DNA of 63,697 nt, the filler included, from Olpidium bornovanus S191 (lineage: Eukaryota; Fungi; Olpidiomycota): assembly GCA_017911155.1 (NCBI GenBank). It is 27 parts of 27 records of this genome, joined end to end, with 100 filler letters (N's around TTAATTAATTAA, not from the genome) between each part and the next. Parts side by side here need not be neighbours in the genome. Positions count along the whole stretch, not along the records: positions 1 to 1,493 come from JAEFCI010002449.1; positions 1,594 to 6,287 come from JAEFCI010004188.1; positions 6,388 to 10,279 come from JAEFCI010010498.1; positions 10,380 to 12,449 come from JAEFCI010002622.1; 23 more parts are not named here. The stretch is one strand, 5' to 3'. Every line of letters starts with the position of its first letter. Position 1 is the first letter of the stretch. Below, piece after piece: positions 1-12,241 of the stretch. The notes under the pieces were generated by a model. The model searched no databases and was not told the origin of the DNA. It saw only the letters and a list, made by a program, of their open reading frames with translations. A program made the position numbers and the translations under genes.

Positions 1-1332
1 CATGATCTCCTCCTTGGCTTCGTCCATCCCGGCAACGTCCTTAAAGCGGACCTGGACTTCCGTGTTCTTGTTGAACATCTTCGCTTTGGACTTCCCGACG
101 CCGAACAGGCCGGACGACGAAGCGGCCATGCCCTTGCGCCCGAGGTAAACCAGGAGGCCGATTATGATCAACGTGGGCGCAAACTGCAGCAGCAAATACT
201 GCTTGGGTATTTGGCTCTGGTAGGCCACCGGGACGCGCTCGCCGCTGGGGACCCCGAGGGCGTTTTGAGCCTGCTCGAGGTTGCGCTCGAACGCCTCGAC
301 CGACCCGATGTTGAAGCCGATGCGGGTCCTGGGTCTATGGTAGCCGGGGACGTCCCGGAGCGTGACCCTCACGCGGGTCCGGTTGTACACGTCCAGCCGC
401 TCGACGAGGCCCTTTTCGAGGTAGTTCGCCCTGAACTCCTGCCAGGTGATCTCCTGCACCGGCTCCTCCCCGAAGAGTAAGCTGTACGCCGCCGCCGCCG
501 CGCCGACGGCGACGGCGACCTGGAGGGCTTTGCTCTTCGCCTCGCCCTTTTTCTGCGGGTCGCCGCCGGCGCCGGGCTTGCGCAGATGGGGGGCGGGCCT
601 GTCGGCGAAGCCGCCGGGCGAGCCCGCCGCCCCGCCGCGGGCCGTTTCCGCCGGCTCCTCCGCCGGCCTCCCTCCTTCCTCCGCCGGGCGCTCCGGCGCG
701 CGCCGCCCTCCGGCGTCGCCGCCGCCGGCCCCCCTGCCGAAGTTGCCGAACCCGCGATACCGCCCGGCGGACGCGTCTTCCGCCGCCGGCCGCGCCGCGC
801 CGCGATCCCCGCGCCCCGCGGTGGCGGGCGCCTCCGCGCCCCCCTCCTCCTCCTCCCCGTCTTCCTCGGCTCGGCTCCTGCGGCCGGGCCGCCGGCCCCC
901 GGCGTCCGGCTCTTCGCCGGGCTTCGGACTGCCGTCCGCGGCCGCGAAGCCCCGGCGGCGGCGGTGCGCCCGCGGCGGCGGCGACCAGCGGCGCAAAAGC
1001 AGAGCCGCCGCAGGCGGGGCGCCGCACCCGGCCGCCGGGCTAGCGGCGCCGGCGCCCGGCCCGCGGCAGCAGCACCAGCACCCGCGGACCTGCCCGGCGG
1101 CGCCCCGCGCGGGAAGCGGCGGCGGCCGTGGTCTCTGCCGCGAGTCGGCGGCGCAGAGGGCCAGGAGCGGGGAGCGGCGCGCCAAGAGCGCCTGCGGCTG
1201 TGATGATGTCCGGGAAGCGAGCCGCGGCAGCAGCGCCGCCGCCCGGTGCCGCGGCGGGCGCAGGAGGGCGCCCCTCGCGGCGGCGGACATCACCGCCGGC
1301 ACGAGCGCGCGCGGCGAGCCCGCGAGCGTCAT
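1..1332 (-). CDS. AFG3L2: Mitochondrial m-AAA protease subunit (AFG3L2/Yta10/Yta12 family), N-terminal part, truncated at window start
   Basis: Open frame from ATG 1332 to position 1 with no stop, so it is missed by the ORF track. It encodes an Arg/Ala-rich presequence, a TM segment, EITWQEFRANYLEKGLVERLDV, FNIGSVEAFERNLEQAQ, a second TM, and GLFGVGKSKAKMFNKNTEVQVRFKDVAGMDEAKEEIM. The paralog cannot be resolved. Confidence 0.92.
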   Translation of the reverse strand, partial: MTLAGSPRALVPAVMSAAARGALLRPPRHRAAALLPRLASRTSSQPQALLARRSPLLALCAADSRQRPRPPPLPARGAAGQVRGCWCCCRGPGAGAASPAAGCGAPPAAALLLRRWSPPPRAHRRRRGFAAADGSPKPGEEPDAGGRRPGRRSRAEEDGEEEEGGAEAPATAGRGDRGAARPAAEDASAGRYRGFGNFGRGAGGGDAGGRRAPERPAEEGGRPAEEPAETARGGAAGSPGGFADRPAPHLRKPGAGGDPQKKGEAKSKALQVAVAVGAAAAAYSLLFGEEPVQEITWQEFRANYLEKGLVERLDVYNRTRVRVTLRDVPGYHRPRTRIGFNIGSVEAFERNLEQAQNALGVPSGERVPVAYQSQIPKQYLLLQFAPTLIIIGLLVYLGRKGMAASSSGLFGVGKSKAKMFNKNTEVQVRFKDVAGMDEAKEEIM

Positions 1333-1409
1333 GCGACGAGAGTGAGTTCGCGCAGCGGGCGTAAGAAGCGGTGGCGGGCAGAACGTTGTGTTTTTTTTTT
1401 TTTTTTTTT

Positions 1410-1484
<75 letters not shown>

Positions 1485-1493
1485 GGGGGGGGG

Positions 1494-1593
1494 NNNNNNN
1501 NNNNNNNNNNNNNNNNNNNNNNNNNNNNNNNNNNNNNTTAATTAATTAANNNNNNNNNNNNNNNNNNNNNNNNNNNNNNNNNNNNNNNNNNNN
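1494..1593. other. Artificial contig linker (44 N + TTAATTAATTAA + 44 N), first of 26
   Basis: Identical 100-bp spacers start at 1494, 6288, 10280, 12450, 15069, 16542, 18601, 21349, 23515, 25646, 27650, 29599, 31267, 34249, 37727, 39111, 41829, 44460, 47559, 49234, 50718, 53192, 56823, 58650, 60904 and 62168. The core gives stop codons in all six frames. Confidence 0.98.
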
Positions 1594-1608
1594 AAAAAGA
1601 AACCAAAA

Positions 1609-1639
<31 letters not shown>

Positions 1640-1829
1640 GAAAACATCGGTTTCCTTCCGTTCCGGCTTGATGGCACCCAACCTCGTCCTTCCCGCCAGC
1701 CAAACGACATACTCATCGCTTTTTATATTACATCCTTTTTAGTCGTTTACGCCCGCACAATTACGGTCCAAGTTGCAGCAGACTGCCGAGGAGCGTCGGA
1801 GAGGATTCCTCCCCAGACTAAAACTTTCG

Positions 1830-3044
1830 ATGTGCGGATCATCGCCGAGGTGGGTTGTCGAAGGTCCGCTCCCTTCCTCCACCCCTGCCCGACAACCTGT
1901 TCGCAACTGCCCAAAAAAAAGCGCCCCTGCAAAACGCTCGTTTTTTTTACAGAGGCGTATGTGCGCGCGCGGCCGCTTCCTTGGCCTCTCTTTTCAGGGC
2001 GCCGACGGCTGCGGTCGGGACACATTTCGCATAACGCTGGGGCCGGCGGCGCCGCTTTCTTCCGAAGGTGGAAACCCGAAGCGCCCGAGCGAGCGTTTCG
2101 CGGACGTGTTCGAAAACCACTACACGTCGGAACCGATAACCGACGAAGTCGTCCGCAGGCGAGCGAACGTGGGCCCGAGCCGGCATGCGGCGGCGGCGGC
2201 GGCGGCGGGAGTGGAAGCCGCGGGCGGTTGCCGAACGTTCCGGCGGCGCGGCGGGGGCGGAAGCGTGGTAGAGTTCGTCGGCGGGGAGTGCCTGGACTGG
2301 TGCCTCGCAGAGGACGAAAGGCGGCGGCGGAGGCAGCGCGCGCGGAAAGACGGGTACGCAGTTTGTTTCTCTATTTTTGCGTGCGCGCGCCGACGAAACA
2401 AGGTGCCAAATTCCGGTGCACTCCGCGAACGCGTCTTTCTGACCCTCTCGACGCGTCTCTCTGACCCTCGACGCGTCTGTCTTGTCTGACCCCCTCTCGC
2501 TCGCGCGCCCACGCCGGCTGCCTTCTTTTTCCCCCATTTTCCTTTCAATAAAAAAAACAAAACACAAAAAAAAATCCGAAACCGTCCCCTTCTCCTTTCC
2601 CCCTTCCCCTTCCTCCTGAAACGTTCCCCCTGCACCCTCCCCCGACTCCTTCCCAGATCCCGCCCCGTGCACCACGCCGCGCTGGAAATCCGGGCGTCGT
2701 CCCCGCCCGTCCCGCGCGCCGCTTCATCCTCCTCCTCCCCCTCCGCGGAATCCGCCGCCGCCGCCGCCGCCATCCGCTCGCTCTACCAGCCGGGCGAGCC
2801 CCGCGGCGGCCCGCGCACGGGCACCCTGCGGTTCCTGGCGCACTCGGAGTTCCGGCCGCCGGACGTCCTGGAGGTGTTTTCGGTGCGCGTGCGCGAGTCC
2901 CGGGACGCCCGGGTCCGCGAGGAGGTCCAGCGGAGGTACACCCGGCTGAAAGAGGAGGCGGAGCGCGCGCGCGCCAGGAGCGCCGCGCTGCTGGACAACG
3001 TGCGCAGGAAGGCGCCCGCGGTTTTCGCCTGGGTGAAGGAATAG
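1830..3044 (+). CDS. Hypothetical two-exon protein (about 1830-2353 joined to 2657-3044); start uncertain
   Basis: Donor GG|GTACGC at 2354 and acceptor CCCAG at 2656 join the two ORF-track frames in phase (...RQRARKDG/SRPVHHAALEIR...AFAWVKE*). No family recognised. Confidence 0.45.
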
Positions 3045-3578
3045 AAGTTGGGCGCGTGTGCGCGCGCCTCCCCCTCCCCCCTCCCACTTTTCCTACCGCC
3101 GCCTCTTCTGTCCCCGACGGCGTGTGCCCTAGAGGTGTTTCCCTTCGTGTTGTCGCACACGCGCAGCAGGATTTTTGTCACCCCGGGGCGGGCGCCGTGG
3201 TTGTGGTTTTTTTCTCGCACATCCGGCGGGGAGCGGCCTCGTGCGGCCGACGTCTGCATCGCTTTGACATGCACAGACTGTGGCCGAGGAGGCACGTATC
3301 TGCCGCAAGGTGCTGGAGCAGCGTCTGTCAACCGCTTCGCGGCCTTTCGAAAATGCAGCGGAAAAATGGTGTGGCAAAAAGGCAGGGATGCACCGCGTGG
3401 CCTTTCCAATGACACAGTCGCCGCTTCCGCCCCCCCTCGCTCTTCTGCTCCTTGGTGGCAACGCCGTAAACCGAGGGGCGCGCGACCGCGTGAACCCTCC
3501 CACTCCCCTTTCCCCGCGTTTCCGCAAAAGCGGGCTCTCCGCATTCACGGGGATCCCCCCCCCCTCCCCCCCCTGCTG

Positions 3579-6287
3579 CTACGAAACCTGCCGCTGCAGC
3601 ACGTCTCGCGCCCTGTAAAATGCCTCTATGTCCTCGTCGACGCTCGCGTCTCCGGTCGTTCTCATCGTAGCCCTGCCGCTGCCGTCGTACAGGCTCGACC
3701 GCGATGCGGCGCCGCCGCTGTCTCTGTCTAGCTTCCGACGTTGCGGTGCCGCCCACGCGCCCTGCGGGCTGTTCGGCATCGGCGGCCCGCATTCCATTGT
3801 AGATCTTCTGCCGTTGTCCCGATGGATGTCCTTTTTTGGTGGGGGGGGGGGGGGGGGGGAATCGAACGGGGCATAGAAATGTAAGACTATCACCGGTTGG
3901 TTTTTTTTTCTTTCGATTTGAGCGGAATAACGGTGGCTCCCACTGACCGCGGCGGGCGAGTGGTAAACGTGTGGTAGTCCCTTGAATTCTTTCGAGTCGT
4001 ACGTCGTTGACGCCGTAGACGAGTGAGACGTGCCGACTGCAGTGTCGCCCGGCGACGACATGTAAGACGGTGCTGCGCACGCCGTGGAGGAATCCAGAGA
4101 GGACGACGATGCCTGGGAGCTGCAGGAGTACACCCTGTTTCCGGAGAGCAGCTGCTGGGAAGGTCTGGACGGTGTCCGCTGCGCATACGAGCTCTCGTCC
4201 CCGTCTTTCCTCGCCTCGTACCGCTGGGCCGATTGCGGCCGCGGCGCCCCCGGCGGCCACGCCGCCGTCTCCCCCGCCTTGTGCCGGTTCCACTCTGCCA
4301 CGAGCCATTCCTCGAAGTCCCTCTGCATCTTCCGCCGCGCCTGCTCCAGCAGGTGCTGCATGTGCTCGATCTCGAGCTTGAGATCCTTGAGCTGCTGGTA
4401 CGCGCGCTTGTACGCGTCCACGGATTCCGAGATCCTCCCCCGCAGCTGCGCTTCCTCGGGATCCTCCTCCGGGATGTTCGGGTCCGTCAGGCGCCGCGTC
4501 TCGTGGAGTTCCCGCTTTGCGTTCACCGCGGTTTTTAGAGATTCTTTGACGCCGGCGCGACGCGGTCAGCGGAGAGGGAGCGTGCGCGGGGCCGAATTCT
4601 GAAGGAAAATGTCAACAAAAATCCGCTTGGGAGCGTGGCCACCTACTGATGTCATTCCGGTACCCGTTCGCCCGCTCCCCGAGGCGTTTGGCTTCCTCGT
4701 ACTTGGCCTTCAAAACCTGCTTTTGCTCGTTCACCCATGCCATCGGCGTGTACGAGCAGCTGAAGAGCTCGAAAGCACTCGTCTTCTCCTCCGCAGTGAC
4801 TGGGAGCCGGCCGGCGGCGAGCACAACGTGAGCCAGCAACTTTGCGACGCGTTTGCGTACCATTGCGCTTGGGACGAATCGTACGCTTTGTGACGCTGCT
4901 GTTATCTTCCGGCGCCTTCTGAGTGTCTTTGATGGCTAAACCACCGATCATGCCGTCGTTGTTTAGCGGCGAGTCTTTGAAACCGGAAACGTATCGAGGT
5001 TGAACGCTCGATGCGCTGTTTTGCGCGCCCTTCGGCCAACGAGCACTCAAAAACTTCATCTTACCGCTATCATTCAACGGTAACTTTGACCCATAGTTGA
5101 GCTGTGTCCTGAGCTGATTGATCATCGGAACAAGTACGTCTCGCGGGTTCGCGTAGCAGAAGAAAAAGTCAACAACGGCAAATTCGGGAAGCGAAAACGT
5201 CAAGCACGCGAAATTACGGCAGCTCACTGATTTCGTTGTCGCGATGGGCGATTAAGGCCTTGAGTCTGGTTATTTCGGCGGAATCGTCCAAGCGTGGCTG
5301 CCTCGGCCCACTCGGAGGGTCTTCCAGCGCCGACGAGGAGGAACCGGTAACAGGCGGAGGAGCCGCTTGGCCTTGGCGCACAAAGTTCTTGAGTATTCCG
5401 AAGCAGGCTTGAACCTTACGGTAGTCCGTGAAGATAAGGCCCGCCTCGGGTGAGGAGTCGTTTATATAATCTTCGACCATCTGGCTCAATCTTGAACAAG
5501 CAATCACAATGCAAACTCAATGTTCAGACAGAGATGGTGGACAACAGGCGCAGATTATGCGAGGACCTGACGACAGTCAGTTCACACACACCCTACACCG
5601 ACCTTTCCTTCTCATATTCCGGCAACTCGTCTCCGTCCAAATTCGCTTCGCCCCGCGCTAGCGCAAGCTCCGCCTTCAGCTGGGCGATCTGGCGCTTCAG
5701 ACGGGCGATTACAAGCCTCGGGTCAAGTTCTTCGTTGAGCGTCGCGTTATTGGAAATGAGCGCGACCCGCTGGGCGAAACGACAAGTCGAAATGGACTCC
5801 TGTTTGAACAAGGAGCGGCGGGGATCGTTGTGTTCCACGATAGTTACAAAAATGGTCCACCAGGCAATGGCACGTGGGACTCGTTGGAATCAGAACAGAA
5901 CGACCTAACTGACATCAATGTGAGACTCCTCCACAGCTATGGTCGCGATCATGGTCGTTTTGCAGTTTCCGCCAAGACTGTCTCGCAAGACCGAGGTCAT
6001 CATAGAATTGCGGTACGGAATGTGCGACCTCGTCCCGAGCGACTTCTCATGGAGGGCAACAATAACCTGCTCAAGGTAGTGGAGAGAGAGATTGATGTAT
6101 TTCGCTTCTTTTAGGAGGTTTCCCGCGATGCCTGTTCGAGCGACACGTTCAGATCTAATGAAGAAGACATGGTCAGACAGAAGCAACCATAGGCCGCTAG
6201 CAGATCCCGGAAACAAAAGTTGCTACCCGGCAAGATCCACTAAATGCAGTTTCGACCGCCGGATCTTGTCGTCGCCCTCCTTGGTTG
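3579..6287 (-). CDS. KIF6: Kinesin-9 family motor (KIF6-like), multi-exon, 5'-truncated
   Basis: Exons encode [69 protein letters not shown] and [35 protein letters not shown]. They are followed by coiled coils and the C-terminal [18 protein letters not shown] motif typical of KIF6. Confidence 0.88.
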
Positions 6288-8243
6288 NNNNNNNNNNNNN
6301 NNNNNNNNNNNNNNNNNNNNNNNNNNNNNNNTTAATTAATTAANNNNNNNNNNNNNNNNNNNNNNNNNNNNNNNNNNNNNNNNNNNNCATGGACAGCCAC
6401 TCGACACTGCTTGAGGCTCGCCTCACCATCGCCCCCCTGGACGAGAGGAATTGGCTGGAGGGTCGAGCTCAAAATCTGGTTTGCGGGCTTAGCTCGTTCG
6501 GGCATTGTGGAGCAGTCTCGGTGGTCGCCTGGCGGGCGCCCGGCTGCTGCGGGCAACAAAGCAATCTTTGAGAGTCGCGGTCTCCGGAAGGTGCGAAAAA
6601 TCTTCCTTGCGCGCGGCGGCATTCAGTCTCGCTCGACTGGAGACGAGCAGCGACGGGATGAATGGCAAGAAATTGATGCCCGCTAAAAACCGTCTCGTCG
6701 ATACGTGTGTTCCCCGGGCGAGAAGCGTCGCGCGGCGTATACGGATGACGTGACACAACAGCTGGTGACGCCAAATGCAGGAACGATTGGTGGGCGGGGA
6801 CGGCATTGCGCCTCGCAATCGTCCACGAGAAGAAATCGCGACCAGAAAAAAGAAGAAACGCGGGACAGGAGCGAGAACTCACGCCGCGGCCAGCGTCCGC
6901 CGCTGTCGGCGTTTGCAGCCGGTCATTTTGTGTTTTATTGTCTGCAGGCACGCGTGGGAAAGAAAGGTGGGGAACCGGTGCAAACCCTGCTCAGGCTTAA
7001 AATTTACCGATCAATCTCCTCCCCTGCAAAAGAAAAAATTCGGCCGTGGCGCAAATTGTTCCGCAAAGAAACCGTTCGCGCCCAGCCGGCGAGGACGCTG
7101 CGGCGCTTTGACTCTGAGACAGAAAGAAGGGAAAATATGGAGGAACCCTGCGGCGGAAAAGCTCGCTGAAATCGCGGCTCCGTGCTTTCTTAGTATGTGG
7201 CCGATCGCCGCAGATGTCAACGACGGCAACACACAAAGGCACATCAGGCTGCCGACACAACGGCAAAAGGTTCCTGCGGCGATGAGAACCCGCCGCGGGC
7301 CTGCCGTCGTCGACAATCGTGAATTTGCCTTTACAATTGTATCGGAAAAAGGGCGCCTTCGCTCGATTCGGGTGCGGGCGGCGTCTGCAGGGAACTTCGG
7401 TACGGGGGGAACAGCACAAGGAAAAGCACTTCCCTAGATTTGCGGAGCGAGATGCTGATTTCGTGCAGTGGGTGCTAGAAACCGGTAGGCTGACGGCGCT
7501 AACGGCCAAATTGCCGCGACGGTGACCACGAAAAGATGGTGTTGGGGGAGATGTGCGCCGTCGCAGAGGTTGCGGGCGGCCTTCCGCGTCGGGCGGTGGG
7601 GAAAGAACGGGGTGGGAGCGAGGGGCTCGTGGGCGCCTACTGGCCCTGCTGCTGACGAGAACCTCCAAGGTGGATGGCAAGTAGCGTTGGAAACCGAGCT
7701 CGTCCCGTTCAATTTTGACGTGGAGTTGACTGTGTGAAGCGATTTCAAAATACCGGCGCAGCGTACGCCGGCACCGGATCAAGTTAGCAAGAATGCGTCT
7801 CCGCGAACCTGCAGCTAGCCAAAACTGGGTAGGCGTGATCCGAGAATGCGCAACGGGCGGTTTACGCAAGGCGATGACGAAGGAGACCAAGGATGCTCCG
7901 ACGACGTGGGCCAACAACGTTTGCGCCTTGCGCTTTTCACGACGATGGTCCGTTGCGAGCGCTCATAAGATCCGTCAGAATTTTCGGCCTCGTGGGGGAC
8001 CTGCGGAGAGAAAGTAGATGCTCGTTGGAGCGCATCCATGACATGTGGGCGCGCAACGAAGCCGCGGCAGCCAGCGGGAAGCAGAACCGCAAAAAAGATG
8101 TGAAAACAGGAAGCGTAGAAAGGAGTCCCACAAGTAAAAGCCCGGAATTGGCTCCTTTAGACCAGTCCGTTTCGCCATTATTGGGATCTGGTTGCTAATT
8201 CCATACAGTGATTTCAAAATCACTGGTTCGCCGCGAAACACAA

Positions 8244-8314
8244 GCACATGTGGTTTAGTGGTATAATTCTCGCCTGCCACGCGGGAGCCCCGAGTTCGAT
8301 TCTCGGCATGTGCA
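8244..8314 (+). tRNA. tRNA-Gly (anticodon GCC)
   Basis: Acceptor stem GCACATG/CATGTGC-A, D-loop with TAGTGGTA, anticodon arm CTCGC-CTGCCAC-GCGGG, T-arm CCGAG-TTCGATT-CTCGG; 71 nt, no intron. Confidence 0.95.
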
Positions 8315-10379
8315 ATTATGTCATTTTGTGTGATTTAGTATATTAGCTACCCTTTGTGATACACGCGTTTCCAACTTTTTTGTGTCGTTTTGAGATATCG
8401 TTAAAAACTACTACATTTCTTTGCGCGCGGGTGTTCGATCATTGGGCTGCGGCTTGAAGAAGGTCGCAGAGGCCGATGTTACACGCAAATGAGAACGGAC
8501 CCATTATTTAGCAGCGGCTGCTTCTGTGTACCGCGCGCGCAGGATCCCCCATCTTCCGCGTTTCTCCCGACGTGATTTATCCCGTTTTGTATGGCCGACG
8601 TGCAAAATGCTTTTCGCTGCCGCAAAAAGGACGTAGTAAACGGGCAGCTTTTGTTAACCTGCCAAAAATGTTAAATTTGATCGAGACGGCTTCCATCTCG
8701 TTGTTTGACGCAGTCGCTGACGAAGAAACGACGCAAAAAGTCCATATGTTTGTCAATTTCAAGGCAACGAATGCGGCATCTTGTCTCCGCGCAGTGCCCA
8801 GCTCGCCGGCAGTTCTCACGATCCGGTTGTCGCAATCAGGTCTTAAAAAGGAAGGAACTAAATCCGGCATTTCCTCTGCGGCGTACAAATATATGGCACT
8901 TTGGCGCGGTGCTGATTCCGTCGAATTCGCTGTGGGAGCAATGGGTACTACTATGAAGTAGCTTACGGAGAAAGTGGGCACTCTAAGATTTCCTTATCAT
9001 CCAAACGTAAAAGAATTTGAAAACGTTGCCAGCAAGTGGCTGCACTGCGATCCCAGTTCTCGCCAGTATTGGCATAAAAGACAGAGGATTCGGCATTGTA
9101 CTTGGCGGAATAAGCAATTTCAGGATCCGTAGGGAGTCTAGGACTTGAACGGACTACGTGTGCGTTGGCTCCATGGCAGCATCAGGGAGGACGATCTGCA
9201 GGGTAGTCCGGGATGCCTCCTCCTGAGGTTACCTGTGCTGGGCCACTATGTCAGGGCGCAATGTAGCTGCAGCTGCTTCTTTCGCGGCAATTTCGGCCCA
9301 GGTTCGACGCTCCTGGGGTTGGAAATCCGAGCCGCCGACCAGCTTCGAGGAGGCGGTAAGCTCAGGACATGTAGCGCTGGCGGGCACAAATGGGCTTGTC
9401 GGGGCGAAGTTCCTCGCAGTGATAGCAGGCGTCCCCGCAAGCCGTGGTGGATTACTTCTTGACCCGGTAGTTTCCACTGCAACCCTGGCTGAGACGTTCC
9501 TTGCCTCATTGATGGGTGTGCAAGTGATTTGGGGTAAGCATGCAAAGCCGTCTGTCAACTCATCCATTAGGCGACTGAGATGCAAAAGCTTGGAGACCCC
9601 GGTCTTTGCTAATGCTGTGCGCGGATTGAAGTTCATTGTGAATGACTCGGGAGCCACGAAATTCAAAAAGTCTCACCGCCTTCAATATTTTTCTCTGCGT
9701 CGAAGTTTGGTATTCCATTTTTTTTAACCCTTTCGTTTTGCTTTTATTTTTGGTTTGCGAGCGTGCGTGCGTGCTTTCGCGCGGATGTATTCCCATCGCG
9801 AATTGAGGGGGAGGGGGGCGGTAGGTGTGTTTGTTTCGCGCGCGAGAACAACTTCTGGGCCTTTTTCGTTTGCCACGATGCCCGGGTTATCTCCCGGGGC
9901 GGGATCCGTTTTTTTTTTGGCGTGTGATTTTTTGCGCTTCATCCGATCTTCGCGTGCGGGGGGAAGGGTGACGGACGGAGGAGGTAAGAAAAAAAAGTAA
10001 TAAAACGCTGTTTCCTGGCAACGCGGTGAAGGGGGCGGGGCCTCGCGTCGCCCCGGAGGTCGGTTTTTTCTATTTTTCGTCGCCTTTTTCGCGCCGTCAC
10101 CGAGGTTACCGACCAATCCCCGCTCGTCCTGCTTTCTTCCCTTCCCTTCTCCGCCCCCGCCGCGTTACTCCCGCCCGCGCTCCTCTCCGAGCCGGGCAGA
10201 CGCTCTCAACGCAGACTGACAAACGTCAACCGGGGCAACGAAAAGAAGAAAAAAAAAAGAAAAAGAAAAGCACCATGCCNNNNNNNNNNNNNNNNNNNNN
10301 NNNNNNNNNNNNNNNNNNNNNNNTTAATTAATTAANNNNNNNNNNNNNNNNNNNNNNNNNNNNNNNNNNNNNNNNNNNN

Positions 10380-12241
10380 CATGACCTTTGCCCAACACCA
10401 TTGCGGAAGCCGACGGGCCAAACGTCCCCACTTTTGAAGGCGGCTGCAGTTCCTGAGAGGTAATCGGCGCCCGTTGGACTTGCGGGTTCCGGTTGTGAGT
10501 GGGCAATGCCCTGCTGGCGCAGCCGTATCTTCTAGCCACGGAGGCAGGCAAGAAGTCGGCCGGCTTCACGGCGTACGGGTAGCCAAAGCCAGGCCCTAAT
10601 TTGGAGAATTGCGTAGAGGCGGTTGGGACCTGCAAGGGAACGAGCTAGCGAAGGAGGTTTGCGGAAAATCAACACAAACGAGATGAACGGAATAGTGTGG
10701 TGATTTTGTTGGAATCGCTTGAAAGCCAAGGAGAGGTCGTGCCGCTCGTTTCTACACACCGTGGTTGCAGGGGCCTGGAAATACATCCGCTGTGACGGCA
10801 AAATGCCTTTCGTCCATTGCGCCACCGGCGGCGAAGCTCGTGACAGGGATGCAACTTTCTGATATGCGGCGGCTTGCGACGTGACCCTCCACCAGGGTGC
10901 AGCTGCTCGAGTTGAGGCAACCTGTGGCAGGAGTGCAGCCGGCCGAAACTCCGGTGCCAACGCAGATAGAATTGATCTGCCCGCCGGACGATCCGGCGCA
11001 GCACCCGGCGGCTCGGTGGCGACGGCGGGACGAGCCGGCGCGGGCGGCTGATCCGGCGCGGGCGGCTGATCCGGCGCGGGCGGGTGATCCGGCGCAGAGC
11101 CGGCGGCGGGAGTAGCCGGCGCGGGCGGGTGATCCGGCTCGAGGTCGACCACGGAGCGAGCTGGCGTGGGCAGGTGACCCAGTGCGGGCGGGTGATCAGG
11201 GGCGGGCGGGTGATCAGGGGCGGGGTCCGCCGCGAGGCAAACCGGTGCGGCCGGGTTATCCGGCGCAGGTTTTGCCATTGGGTGAGCCAGCGCCGGGGGG
11301 TGATCCGGCGCGGGCGGGTGATCATGCGCGAGGTCGGCTGCGGGGCGAGCCGGTGCCGGCGGGTGATCCTGTGCGGTCGGGGGATCAGGCGCGGGGTCGG
11401 CCACGAGGCATGCCGGAGCGGGGTAAGCTGCGGGGCTGGCCGGCGCGGGTGGGTGATCAGGCGCGGGGTCGGGCGCGAGGCAAGCCGGCGCGGGCGGGCG
11501 ACCGGGCGAGGGGTCGGCCGCAGGACGAGCCGGCGCGAGGGCGGGTGCTGAGCCGTCCTGCGCGGGGTCGGCATTGGGTCGAGCCGGCGCGGGGCCGGCC
11601 GCTGGGCGCCGCCCCGACGCGCGGCCGCCTTTGGGACGAGTCGAAGCGGGGTTGGCTTTGGGAGGAGCCGGCGCGCGGCCGCTTTCGGGGCGAGCCGGCG
11701 CGGAGGAAGCCGCCGGGCGCCCCCTCGCGCGGCCGCGTTTGGGAAGAGCCGGCGCAGGGGAACGCGCCGGGCGCCCAGGCGCGCGGCCGCCTTTGGGACG
11801 AGCCGGCGCGGGAAGGGCCGCCGGACCGGCCGGCGCGTGGGCCGGCTTAAGCGCAGTGCGCTTTAGCTTGCCACACAGCAGTTCATCCAGGGCGCGTTCG
11901 ACATTCTCGCGGCCGCTCTTCGACCGGAACCGTTTGGGTATAACGCGCGCCCCTTTTTTCTTTATGCATGGACCTTCCAAGCATCGCAACACGTCTTTCG
12001 CCTTGGAGCACAGGTCTCCCTTGACGCGCTGTTTAAACAGCTGCGCAAGCCGCTGCGACTTCTTCTTGATGGTCCCTCCGTGACCCACGTCGTCCAGCAG
12101 ATTGTGCACCCACTCCGTCGAACACGAGGCCGCACCTTCGGGGTTGACGCGGGGCGGCGGGCGCGGCGGTGACGGCAGCGGCGCCGGCAGAGCGGCCGCC
12201 TTGGCAAAACGCGCCTGCTTGCGGTTTTTGGCCCTCGCCAT
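10380..12241 (-). CDS. Pro/Ala-rich tandem-repeat protein of unknown function, probably 3'-truncated
   Basis: A long ORF (likely ATG 12241, MARAKNRKQARF) has a Lys-rich N-domain, then PAPARPKGGR-type and PDHPPAP-type repeats. A probable further exon follows an acceptor at about 10633. Confidence 0.55.
11030..11860. repeat. Degenerate GC-rich coding minisatellite (18-bp core GCGGGCGGCTGATCCGGC and longer variants)
   Basis: Direct 18-bp copies at about 11040-11095 and many CCGGCGCG(G) units across the region. Confidence 0.8.

Noticed and set aside
335-1364. Many long Arg/Gly/Pro-rich ORFs in the track (e.g. 446-1345 +, 21627-23438 -, 35337-36131, 57831-58697 +)
   Set aside because: Antisense or off-frame shadows of real genes or of low-complexity DNA; stop codons are scarce at high GC.
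1538-1549. TTAATTAATTAA as a biological repeat or regulatory site
   Set aside because: Always centred in 44+44 N spacers; it is a six-frame-stop concatenation linker. ORFs ending in X...LIN are artefacts.
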